DNA of 64,000 nucleotides from an uncultured Eubacteriales bacterium (GTDB lineage Bacteria; Bacillota; Clostridia; Christensenellales; CAG-138): contig CADCMN010000009.1 in assembly GCA_902802575.1 (NCBI GenBank), forward strand, positions 375 to 64,374, read 5' to 3'. Shown one piece after another: positions 1 through 8,165 of the stretch. Position 1 is the first letter of the stretch, and each line of letters opens with the position of its first letter. Under the pieces are notes generated by a model. It did no database searches. It saw nothing but the letters and a program-made list of their open reading frames with translations, and was not told the DNA's origin. The position numbers and the translations under genes were made by a program.

Positions 1-27
1 TGAGCTCTGCCATTGAGCTACACCCGC
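1..27 (-). tRNA. 5' part of a tRNA gene cut by the window edge (acceptor stem plus D-arm only; isotype not determinable)
   Basis: Reverse complement of 1-27 reads GCGGGTGTAGCTCAATGGCAGAGCTCA. This is a 7-nt acceptor stem followed by a canonical D-arm (TAGCTCAATGG.AGAGC). A consensus promoter lies just upstream. Confidence 0.55.
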
Positions 28-47
28 ACATTTCCACGGTACGCACT

Positions 48-76
48 ATTTTAACCGTTTCTGTCCCAAATGTCAA
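48..76 (-). promoter_or_regulatory. sigma-70/sigA-type promoter driving the edge tRNA
   Basis: On the minus strand: TTGACA (71-76), a 17-nt spacer, then TAAAAT (48-53). It lies about 20 nt upstream of the tRNA 5' end. Confidence 0.6.
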
Positions 77-172
77 TGGATTCTTGCGCCTTCGGCAGGC
101 TATATTTTTGGCCCCGGCGCAACGGCGGAGCCTCCGTCTGGCGAAGCTCCGGCTTCGGCAGACGGAAGAGCG

Positions 173-1627
173 TCAGCCCGTAAAGCCCCCTTGATTGAAG
201 GGCGGCGGGGTGTCCGGGCTGGGGGTAGCGTTGGGCTCGGCAGGATTGTTGGGGGCGGGCGTGGTCACAGGCTCGTCCGGATTGTTCTGAACGGGGACTT
301 GCATGGTGGAGTCGGGCGATGGGGAAGCAGCCACATAGCCCACCTCGTGGGGGGAGATGACCACGCCGTTCTTGCTGTACAGGTAGACGGTCACGCTGTC
401 CGCTCCTTGGCCTATGTACTGGTTCGCCCGTTTCATGATATCATCATAATTCTTTTTGAGTCGGCTCAGCTTGGTGAGCAGATCCGAGGTGTCCCCCACC
501 TCGATGCGATACCCTTCCGGCGTATATAGACTGATGCCCATGGTCTCGGTGAGATCCACGGTCTTGATCTTGTCGGCCAATCCCAGCTCCTCCAGGGTAG
601 ACAGCACATCCAGCATGCTCTGGACCTGCTCGTCCGCCGGATCGCCGATGCGGGCGCCTTGGTTGGCGCCGGTGATGATGAGCCCCTGAACCAGCGGCAA
701 ATCTGCATAGCTGCTGGCATCGCTTTCAAGAACGATGCCCGCCTTGTCGATGACGGCGATGTATTCCTTGTTGGGACCCCAGGCCACGGCGCCTGCCCGG
801 CCCCGCTCCTCGATGGTGATACGGATGCGGTTGGGGAACACATATTTGACGGTGACGTTCAGGTAGGGGTCTTTCCTGAGGGTCTCCTGGGCCTTGTCCA
901 GATCCTGCAGCAGGATATGGGTCTGGGTCTTCAGCCCGGAAGCGGCGATCAGCTCTTCCTTGGAATAGCGGGTGGAGACGCCCACAACGTCGATATTTCG
1001 CACGAGAAAGGTGAAGTATGCCGCCAGGATCAGCAGCACGCCCAATCCCATGAGCACCAGCATCGCGGACAGCCGTTTCTTCATTTCGACCTTCCGGCGG
1101 ACTTTGCGCTGCTCCGCCTCCAGGCGGCGCTGCTTCTCCCGCAGCTTGTCCCGTTCGCTGGCTCGTTTCTGAGCCTCCTCCTGCTCCCGTCTGACCTCGG
1201 TTTCGTTCAAAAGCAGGGTGGTGGTGGCCTTTTTAGCGTTCTTGCGCTTGCCATAGCGCTCTCGGGAACGCTTCTTGCGGGGCACCTTGCCCGTCCGGCG
1301 GCCATAGCGATCAAAGCTGAAGGTCTCCGTGGAGGACGGCGGCGTCCCGTCGATCTCTTCGTCGGACGCAGGAAGATACTCTGCCTCTTCGTCAGTGGGC
1401 AGGGGCATCGACCAGCTCTTTTGGCCGGACGTATCCTCTTCCTCGTCTGCGGACGCCTCTTCAGCTTCTTCCCCGTCGGCTTCCGCTTCCTCTATGGCGT
1501 CCTCATCCTCGTCGTCGTCGGAGAACAGGGACCCCACCGAGGGAGTTTCCTCCTCGTCGTCGTCCGCAAACAGGTCGATATACCCTTCCGGCTTCTTCTT
1601 TTTTTTCTTATGCCGATCTTCCTTCAC
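173..1627 (-). CDS. ftsQ: Cell division protein FtsQ/DivIB (POTRA domain) with a long charged N-terminal extension and a Pro-rich C-terminal tail
   Basis: 484-aa ORF with a GTG start directly after the murA stop. One TM segment (LSAMLVLMGLGVLLILAAYFTFLV) is followed by a POTRA-like stretch VRNIDVVGVSTRYSKEELIAASGL...IRITIEERGRAGAV. It sits at the last position of the dcw cluster. Confidence 0.8.
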   Translation of the reverse strand: MKEDRHKKKKKKPEGYIDLFADDDEEETPSVGSLFSDDDEDEDAIEEAEADGEEAEEASADEEEDTSGQKSWSMPLPTDEEAEYLPASDEEIDGTPPSSTETFSFDRYGRRTGKVPRKKRSRERYGKRKNAKKATTTLLLNETEVRREQEEAQKRASERDKLREKQRRLEAEQRKVRRKVEMKKRLSAMLVLMGLGVLLILAAYFTFLVRNIDVVGVSTRYSKEELIAASGLKTQTHILLQDLDKAQETLRKDPYLNVTVKYVFPNRIRITIEERGRAGAVAWGPNKEYIAVIDKAGIVLESDASSYADLPLVQGLIITGANQGARIGDPADEQVQSMLDVLSTLEELGLADKIKTVDLTETMGISLYTPEGYRIEVGDTSDLLTKLSRLKKNYDDIMKRANQYIGQGADSVTVYLYSKNGVVISPHEVGYVAASPSPDSTMQVPVQNNPDEPVTTPAPNNPAEPNATPSPDTPPPFNQGGFTG

Positions 1628-2884
1628 CTAATCGTCCTCTCTTCGTATAGCCGCCCCCACGCTCCGCAGGGTGGCTGCAAAATTCATATACCCTCTGTCG
1701 ATGCGTTCCGCCCGCTCCACCACGGTGATGCCCTCCGCCCTCAGGCCTGCCAGCGCCAAAGCCGCGCCGCCTCTGAGATCGTGGGCTGTGACCTGGGCCC
1801 CATGGAGATGCTTCACGCCCCGGATCACCGCCGAACGGCCCCGGATGAGGCAATCCGCCCCCATGCGCACCAGCTCCGCCCCGTGGCGGAATCGATCCTC
1901 GAACACGTTTTCCTCCAGCACGGAGGTCCCCTTGGCCACGGTGCACAGGGCGAACATCTGGCTTTGCATATCCGTGGGGAAGCCCGGATAGGGCTGGGTC
2001 GCCAGGCGCCGCAGCTCACGAGGGCGCTCGGGCCCCTCTATGTCCAGATCGGTCCCTTCGAGCCGAATGCGGCAGCCCGCCTCCCGGAGCGCTGTGAGCA
2101 GGGCCGAAAGATGCTCCCTGCGCGCACCGCGGATCAGCAGATGGCCGCCGGTGATGGCCGCCGCCGCCAGATAGGTCCCCGCTTCGATCCGATCCGGCAC
2201 GATGGCGTGAGCCGTGCCATGGCTTCGCCGACCGCCCCGAATGCGGATGCGGGAGCTGCCCTCCCGTCTCAATTCAAAGCCCGCCCCGTTCAGAAAGTTC
2301 ATGAGATCGTCGATCTCCGGCTCCCGGGCCGGGTTCACCAGCACGGTATCCTCCTCCGCCCCGCAGGCCGCCATGAGCAAATTCTCCGTGGCGCCCACGC
2401 TGGGGTATTCGAGGGCGATCTCCGCCCCGCCCTTGGGTCGTCCCAGGCAGCGGATGCGCCCCGACGCTTCGTCCACCTTCACGCCCATGGCCCGAAACCC
2501 CTTCAGATGCAGGTCAACAGGCCGATGGCCGATGTCGCAGCCCCCGGGGTAGGGCGCTTCCGCCGCCCCAAAGCGGCCAAGAAGAGGGCCCAGCAGAAAC
2601 ACAGAGGACCGAATGGACCCAGCCAGGCCTTCCGGCAGCTCCGCCGTCCGCGCGCTGCCCGCGTCGATGAGCAGATCATCCTCCACCCACTCCGCCCGGC
2701 AGCCCAAGGCCCTGAGCAGACCCGCCATGTTCTCCACGTCCGTGAGTCGGGGACAGTTGGAGATCCGCACCGGCTCCGGCACCAGCATGGCCGCCGCCAG
2801 GATGGGCAGAGCCGCGTTTTTGGCCCCGTGCACGGTGATCTGCCCCTTCAGGGTGTGACCGCCTTCGATGATGAGTTTCGCCAT
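1628..2884 (-). CDS. murA: UDP-N-acetylglucosamine 1-carboxyvinyltransferase
   Basis: Recognisable MurA from MAKLIIEGGHTLKGQITVHGAKNAALPILAAAML. The ATG at 2884 is preceded by GGAGGAGG. The 570-aa ORF in the track is a spurious 5' extension. Confidence 0.9.
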   Translation of the reverse strand: MAKLIIEGGHTLKGQITVHGAKNAALPILAAAMLVPEPVRISNCPRLTDVENMAGLLRALGCRAEWVEDDLLIDAGSARTAELPEGLAGSIRSSVFLLGPLLGRFGAAEAPYPGGCDIGHRPVDLHLKGFRAMGVKVDEASGRIRCLGRPKGGAEIALEYPSVGATENLLMAACGAEEDTVLVNPAREPEIDDLMNFLNGAGFELRREGSSRIRIRGGRRSHGTAHAIVPDRIEAGTYLAAAAITGGHLLIRGARREHLSALLTALREAGCRIRLEGTDLDIEGPERPRELRRLATQPYPGFPTDMQSQMFALCTVAKGTSVLEENVFEDRFRHGAELVRMGADCLIRGRSAVIRGVKHLHGAQVTAHDLRGGAALALAGLRAEGITVVERAERIDRGYMNFAATLRSVGAAIRREDD

Positions 2885-2996
2885 AGGTCCCCTCCTCCTG
2901 CTCGCATACACTAAGATATGCGCAGGAGGCGAAAACCGTGAAAAACAGACTGCCTTTTCTCCCGGATGCGCGGAAGAAATGGGACTGTCGATCCGG

Positions 2997-3025
2997 AAAA
3001 GCCGGCGACATGGGCGGCGGCTTTT
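2997..3025. terminator. Bidirectional terminator-like hairpin in the ftsW-murA spacer
   Basis: AAAAGCCGGCG-acatggg-CGGCGGCTTTT. The GC stem has one mismatch and is flanked by A4/T4 runs on both strands. Confidence 0.4.
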
Positions 3026-3132
3026 ACGCCTTTCAGCACAGCCGCCCGAAAATGACCAGCATTTTAGGCTGTGCTGCAAAGCTCCGCCGCAGCGGTCTTG
3101 TTCCGGCAAATGGGAGCATTTGCCGGAGCGAA

Positions 3133-4287
3133 TCAGATATCTACATCCCGGCTGATGTTCAGCAATATGCCCATGGACACCATGAACACCAGGAGGGAGG
3201 AGCCGCCCGCCGAAATGAAGGGCAGGGGCTGACCCGTGGTGGGCGCCAGGCCCGTGACCACGGCGATGTTGATGAACACCTGCAGACCGAACACGATGGA
3301 GATACCGGCGGCCATCAAACTGCCGTACCGGTTCCGACACTTCATGGCCACCCGCATGCCCCGATAGACGATCCAGGCGTACAGCAGGATCACGATGGCC
3401 CCGCCCACCACGCCGAACTCCTCGCAGATGATGGCGAAGATGAAGTCCGACTCGCCGTAGGTCATGTACAGGAGCTTCTGGTAGCTGTTGCCCAGGCCCT
3501 TGCCGAACCAGCCGCCGGAGCCGATGGCATAGAAGGATTGGATGAGCTGATAGCCGGTGCCCTGGGGATCCTGGAAGGGATCCCGGAAGGAGGTCAATCG
3601 GGCAAAGCGGTAGGGAGCCGCAGTGGCCAGCACGATGAACAGCACCACGCCCACGGCGCCGACGATGAGGATGTATCGCTCGTCCATACCGCCCACGTAG
3701 AGAAGGATCGCGCCGATGCCGGCCACGATCACGGCCATGGACATGTTGGGCTGGAACATGATGAGACCGGCGATGACGCCGATGACCAGCAGCATGGGGG
3801 CAAGGCCCAGAGTGAAGGTGCGCATATCGTCCTTATGGCGGGCCATGTAGGAGCACATAAAGAAGATCATGCCGAACTTGGCGATCTCCGAGGGCTGGAT
3901 GGACACACCCGCAAAGATCAGCCAGCGCTTGGCGCCGTTCAGGTTGACCGCGCCGGTGTCGCCGCTCTTACCGACGAACAGCACCATGATGAGCAGGACC
4001 ACCGAAACCACCAGAAACAGATGCCGAAGCTTGTCGAGGTAGCGATAGTTCACCTGGGACATGATGAGCATCAGGGGATAGCCGATGGCCATGTACATGA
4101 GCTGCTTGCGAAGGTAGTAGTAGCCGTCCCCGTTCTGGGTGTGGATAGCGTAGTAGTAGCTGGCGGAAAAGACCATCACGAGGCCGAAAGCACACAGGAT
4201 GGTGACGACCAGCAGGATTGAAAAATCCATGCTGCCCGTCTGCTTCTTGTAGAGGACCAGATTCCGTTTCTTTACCGCAGTCTCCAT
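3133..4287 (-). CDS. ftsW: SEDS-family peptidoglycan glycosyltransferase FtsW/SpoVE/RodA
   Basis: 384-aa polytopic membrane ORF with SEDS-like motifs (GAKRWL, QPSE, GLGNS, TGQPLPFISAGGSSL). It lies between murD and murA in the dcw cluster. Confidence 0.85.
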   Translation of the reverse strand: METAVKKRNLVLYKKQTGSMDFSILLVVTILCAFGLVMVFSASYYYAIHTQNGDGYYYLRKQLMYMAIGYPLMLIMSQVNYRYLDKLRHLFLVVSVVLLIMVLFVGKSGDTGAVNLNGAKRWLIFAGVSIQPSEIAKFGMIFFMCSYMARHKDDMRTFTLGLAPMLLVIGVIAGLIMFQPNMSMAVIVAGIGAILLYVGGMDERYILIVGAVGVVLFIVLATAAPYRFARLTSFRDPFQDPQGTGYQLIQSFYAIGSGGWFGKGLGNSYQKLLYMTYGESDFIFAIICEEFGVVGGAIVILLYAWIVYRGMRVAMKCRNRYGSLMAAGISIVFGLQVFINIAVVTGLAPTTGQPLPFISAGGSSLLVFMVSMGILLNISRDVDI

Positions 4288-4290
4288 GCT

Positions 4291-5643
4291 TTACTCGAAT
4301 TTTCTCACGATATCCTTGAACACCCTTCCCCGCTGCTCGTAGTTCTCGAACATGCCCCAGCTGGCGCAGGCGGGGGAAAGGAGCACGTTGTCCCCGGGCT
4401 CGGCGAGGTCGCGGCACTTCTCCAACGTCTCCCGGAAGGTCTCGCACCGATAGCAGATGTTGTCGAAGCCGTGGCGCTTCGCGGTCTCCAATATCTCACC
4501 CGCCGTCTGACCCAGCACTACGCAGGCCTTCACATGGCTGCCGGGCATGGCGTCGAAGACCTCCTCGAAGCCCGTGTGCTTGTCGTAGCCGCCCAGGATC
4601 AGGACCGTGGGCCGGTCCATGGCCTCGATGGCCTTCACGGTGGAGTCGGGATTGGTGCCCTTGCTGTCGTTGATATAGCGGACGCCGGAGCGCTCGCAGA
4701 CGAACTCGATCCGATGCTCCACGCCCTGGAAGGTGCGCAGCGTCTCTTTAATGACCTCCTGATCCACCCCCTGGGACAGAGCCAGCAGGGCGCAGAGCAT
4801 GGCGTTCTCCAGGTTGTGGCCGCCGGGGATGTAGATCTCCTTCCGATCCATGAAGGGCGTGTCCGTCCCCTGCCACCGGAGCATGATCATGTCCCCGTCC
4901 ATATACATGCCCTCGGGCACCTGCTCCCTGCGGGAGAAGTACAGGACGTGGGCGGGGGTGAGCTTGGCGAAGTCCCGAACGATGGGATCGTCCCAGTTCA
5001 GCACCGCATAGTCATCCGCAGTCTGGTTGTCCAAAATCTTGGCCTTGGCGGCGATATACTTCTCCATGGACCCGAAGCGGTCGATGTGATCCGGGGTGAT
5101 GTTGCACACGCCCGCAGCCTTGGCGTGGAAGAGAACGTTCCCCTCCAGCTGCAGCGCGGCGGTCTCGGCCACGATCACGTCCCCGGGCTTGGTCTCCATG
5201 GCGTGGGCGGAGATGGCCACGCCGATGTTCCCCAGCACGAAGGTCTTGCGGCCCGACGCCTTGAAGATCTCGCCGGTGAGGGTGGTACAGGTGGTCTTGC
5301 CGTTGGTGCCGGTGATGCAGACGAAGTCGGCCTTGGAATAGCGATAGCCCAGCTCGATCTCCGAGATGACCTCAATGCCCCGCCGCTGCGCCTCCACGAT
5401 GAAGGGCCGGAAGAAGGGGATGATGGGACTGGGGATCAAGAGGTCCACCCCGTCCAGCAGATCCATGGGATCGTCCCCCAGCCTGACCTCGTAGGCGATG
5501 CCGGAAAGAGCGTCGAAGAGGCCCTTGATCTCCGGCTTCATGTCGTTGATGACGACCCGATAGCCGTTCTCATACAGGAGCCGGGCGGCGGCGATGCCGC
5601 TCTTGGCCATGCCCACGATGAGGGCCGTTTTTTGTTGTGCCAT
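4291..5643 (-). CDS. murD: UDP-N-acetylmuramoylalanine--D-glutamate ligase
   Basis: 450 aa. It has an N-terminal Rossmann-like GMAKSGIAAARLL and the Mur ligase P-loop ITGTNGKTT, in the expected dcw position. Confidence 0.9.
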   Translation of the reverse strand: MAQQKTALIVGMAKSGIAAARLLYENGYRVVINDMKPEIKGLFDALSGIAYEVRLGDDPMDLLDGVDLLIPSPIIPFFRPFIVEAQRRGIEVISEIELGYRYSKADFVCITGTNGKTTCTTLTGEIFKASGRKTFVLGNIGVAISAHAMETKPGDVIVAETAALQLEGNVLFHAKAAGVCNITPDHIDRFGSMEKYIAAKAKILDNQTADDYAVLNWDDPIVRDFAKLTPAHVLYFSRREQVPEGMYMDGDMIMLRWQGTDTPFMDRKEIYIPGGHNLENAMLCALLALSQGVDQEVIKETLRTFQGVEHRIEFVCERSGVRYINDSKGTNPDSTVKAIEAMDRPTVLILGGYDKHTGFEEVFDAMPGSHVKACVVLGQTAGEILETAKRHGFDNICYRCETFRETLEKCRDLAEPGDNVLLSPACASWGMFENYEQRGRVFKDIVRKFE

Positions 5644-5658
5644 AGTGTGATACCTCGC

Positions 5659-6672
5659 TTACTTTGTAAAAATATAGATGCTCAGGGCGCAGCAAACGCC
5701 GGTGAGGAGCATATACATGGCCGTGATCCTGGGTTCAGGGACTCCCATCAGCTCGAAGTGGTGATGCAGCGGCGCCATCTTGAACACCCGCTTGCCCTTG
5801 CGGAGCTTGTAGGACGAAACCTGGATCATGACGCTCAGGACGGAGGCCACGAAGGCCACGCCCATGAGGGGCAGGAGCAGGGGCGATTTGAGGACCAAGG
5901 CTTCCATGGCGATGACGCCGCCCAGGGCCAAGGACCCCGTATCCCCCATAAACACGCGGGCGGGATAGGCGTTGAACAGGAGAAAGCCCAGGAGCGCTCC
6001 CGCTCCCGCCCCCGCAAAGGCGGCAACGCCGCCATACTTCACGCCGGTCCCGACCCATCCTGCTACCCCCTGCGCCATGGGCATGAGGGCGAAGAGGACG
6101 ACGAAGGCCAGCTGGATGATGAGGGACGTCCCCGCCGCAAGACCGTCCAGCCCATCCGTTAGGTTCACCCCGTTCATCGTGCCCATGAGCACGAACAGGG
6201 CGAAGGGAATGTAGAAAAAGCCCATATCCCAGCTCTTCCCGAAGAGGGGCAGGGTGATGGCGGAACCGACCCCTTCGTTTCGATAGAGCCAGGCGGCCGC
6301 CAACAGGGAGATGACGAACTGCAGCAGGACCTTCTGATAGGGGAGAAGACCCATGCTGGTGCCCGTACTGACCTTGATGAAGTCATCCAAAAACCCCATG
6401 AGGCCGCAGAGGACCATCACGATCATCACCGGCAGCACCAGGGTGAACCCCTCTCCCACGCAGATAAGCGCGGCGAGCAGCCACCCGATCAGCAAAATCA
6501 CGCCGCCCATAGTGGGCGTTCCCGATTTGGACAGGTGAGATTGGGGTCCCTCCTTGCGCTCCGTCTGGCGAAAATTCATGCGCTTGAGAAAGCGGATCAC
6601 CGCCGGACCGGGAATGGCCGTGAACAGGAATCCCAACAGCACCGGCAGCAGCAGATCATGTACCCAAGCCAT
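5659..6672 (-). CDS. mraY: Phospho-N-acetylmuramoyl-pentapeptide transferase
   Basis: 337-aa polytopic ORF with MraY motifs (GTPTMGG, NLTDGLDGLA, MGDTGSLALGG, HHHFE). Confidence 0.92.
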   Translation of the reverse strand: MAWVHDLLLPVLLGFLFTAIPGPAVIRFLKRMNFRQTERKEGPQSHLSKSGTPTMGGVILLIGWLLAALICVGEGFTLVLPVMIVMVLCGLMGFLDDFIKVSTGTSMGLLPYQKVLLQFVISLLAAAWLYRNEGVGSAITLPLFGKSWDMGFFYIPFALFVLMGTMNGVNLTDGLDGLAAGTSLIIQLAFVVLFALMPMAQGVAGWVGTGVKYGGVAAFAGAGAGALLGFLLFNAYPARVFMGDTGSLALGGVIAMEALVLKSPLLLPLMGVAFVASVLSVMIQVSSYKLRKGKRVFKMAPLHHHFELMGVPEPRITAMYMLLTGVCCALSIYIFTK

Positions 6673-8110
6673 CCGTTTTCTCCTGCAAATACGCCTCCAC
6701 GATCTCCCGATCGTCGAAGTGATGCTTCACGCCGTTGATCTCCTGATAGGTCTCATGACCCTTGCCCGCCACCACGATCACATCCCCGGCATGGGCCTGG
6801 TCCAGGGCATAGTGGATGGCGGCACGCCTGTCCTCAATGACCACATACGAGGCGGCGGTCCGGCGAATACCGCTCTCGATGCTGTCGATGATGGCCATAG
6901 GATCCTCGGTCCGGGGATTATCGCTGGTCACCACGGACAGATCCGCATAGCGACCGGAGATTTCCCCCATGATGGGACGCTTGCCGTGGTCCCTGTCTCC
7001 GCCGCAGCCGAAGACGCAGATCAGCCGATCCTTGGCAAAGCTCCGCGCCGTGACCAGCACGTTCTTCAAAGCATCCGGCGTATGGGCGTAGTCCACATAG
7101 ACGGCAAAGGGCCGACCGAAGGTCCTGGCCGCCTGGAGACGGCCCACCACGCAGGGAAGCTTTTCAAGGCCCTCCCGAATGGCGGTGAAGGGGATGTCCG
7201 CCGCGACCGTCAGGGCGGCCGTGCCCATGGCGTTGTACACGGAGAAAAGGCCCGAAATATGCAGGTTCACCCGCCCGTCTCCCTTGGGGGTGAACAGGTG
7301 GAAGGAGGCGCCGGCGGTGGTGATCTCGATGCTCTTGGCATAGAAATCGCCGCCCTTGTAGATGCCCATGGTCCATACGGGGCAGGGGAGCCCTTCGCTC
7401 ATGTACGCGGCGGCCGGATCGTCGTCGTTGACGATGGCCAGCTCCGTCTGGTAGAACAGCTTTTTCTTGGCGGCACGATAGGCCTCGAAGGTCTTGTGGT
7501 AGTCCAGATGGTCCTGGGTCAGGTTGGTGAACAGGGCCGCCTTGAAGCGAATGCCCGCCACCCGATTCTGCGCCAGGGCGTGGCTGGAAACCTCCATGAT
7601 GACCAGATCCACCTTGCGCTCCACCATGTGCGAAAGAAGCCGAAACAGATCCACGGACTCGGGGGTGGTGCGCTCGGTTTCCACCACCTCTTCGCCGATC
7701 AGGTTATGGATGGTGCCGATGAGGCCCACCTTGAGGCCCGCCTCCTCCGCCACCGCCTTGACCATATAGGTGGTGGAGGTCTTGCCGTTGGTGCCGGTGA
7801 CCGCCAGCATGGTCATCTTCCGCTCGGGATGATCGAAGAAGCAGGCCGCCGAACGGGCCATAGCCTCTCGCCCGTCCGCCACCAGGAGCTGGGGCACGTC
7901 GAGAGGCAGCCGCTCCTCCACGATCAGAGCCGCGGCGCCGCTGTCCACCGCCTGCTTGGCGAACCGGTGACCGTCGGTCTTCTCTCCCCGAAGGCAGCAA
8001 AACAGGGCGCCCGGCTTCACCTTTCGTGAATCGTAGGCAATATCGGTGATATCGGCCTCCCGCTGGGGAAGGCTGACGTGCAACTCTTCGGCTATCCTGG
8101 ACAACAGCAT
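6656..8110 (-). CDS. murE: UDP-N-acetylmuramoyl-L-alanyl-D-glutamate--2,6-diaminopimelate ligase
   Basis: 484 aa with VTGTNGKTST and the DNPR motif (TSDNPRTEDP) typical of meso-DAP-adding MurE. It overlaps the mraY start by 17 nt. Confidence 0.9.
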   Translation of the reverse strand: MLLSRIAEELHVSLPQREADITDIAYDSRKVKPGALFCCLRGEKTDGHRFAKQAVDSGAAALIVEERLPLDVPQLLVADGREAMARSAACFFDHPERKMTMLAVTGTNGKTSTTYMVKAVAEEAGLKVGLIGTIHNLIGEEVVETERTTPESVDLFRLLSHMVERKVDLVIMEVSSHALAQNRVAGIRFKAALFTNLTQDHLDYHKTFEAYRAAKKKLFYQTELAIVNDDDPAAAYMSEGLPCPVWTMGIYKGGDFYAKSIEITTAGASFHLFTPKGDGRVNLHISGLFSVYNAMGTAALTVAADIPFTAIREGLEKLPCVVGRLQAARTFGRPFAVYVDYAHTPDALKNVLVTARSFAKDRLICVFGCGGDRDHGKRPIMGEISGRYADLSVVTSDNPRTEDPMAIIDSIESGIRRTAASYVVIEDRRAAIHYALDQAHAGDVIVVAGKGHETYQEINGVKHHFDDREIVEAYLQEKTDGLGT

Positions 8111-8165
8111 ATCTTCTCCTTGTATTTTCGTTCATCCGCCTCGATTCCCGAAGCGGCGACTCTGC

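Noticed and set aside
659-2914. 751-aa plus-strand ORF, and similar long ORFs at 2938-4221, 4471-6162, 6554-8029, 8046-9989, 21735-23909, 25401-26741, 28304-29863, 39458-41158, 45217-46566, 48329-49354, 49832-51022, 50977-52101, 52846-54246, 54186-55571, 55704-56987 and 62394-63866
   Set aside because: All lie antisense to, or out of frame with, strongly recognisable genes. Their translations are Arg/Gly/Pro/His-rich low-complexity strings with no motifs. These are the typical shadow ORFs of high-GC DNA.
2885-3340. N-terminal extensions of track ORFs: murA to 3340, rsmH to 12069, spo0A from 38095, lepB from 18682, lgt from 23910, DUF3021 from 43339, ferredoxin from 44741, acyltransferase to 56915, hydrolase to 58072
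   Set aside because: In each case an internal ATG with a good Shine-Dalgarno sequence coincides with the start of family-typical sequence. The extension is low complexity or overlaps the neighbouring gene or terminator.
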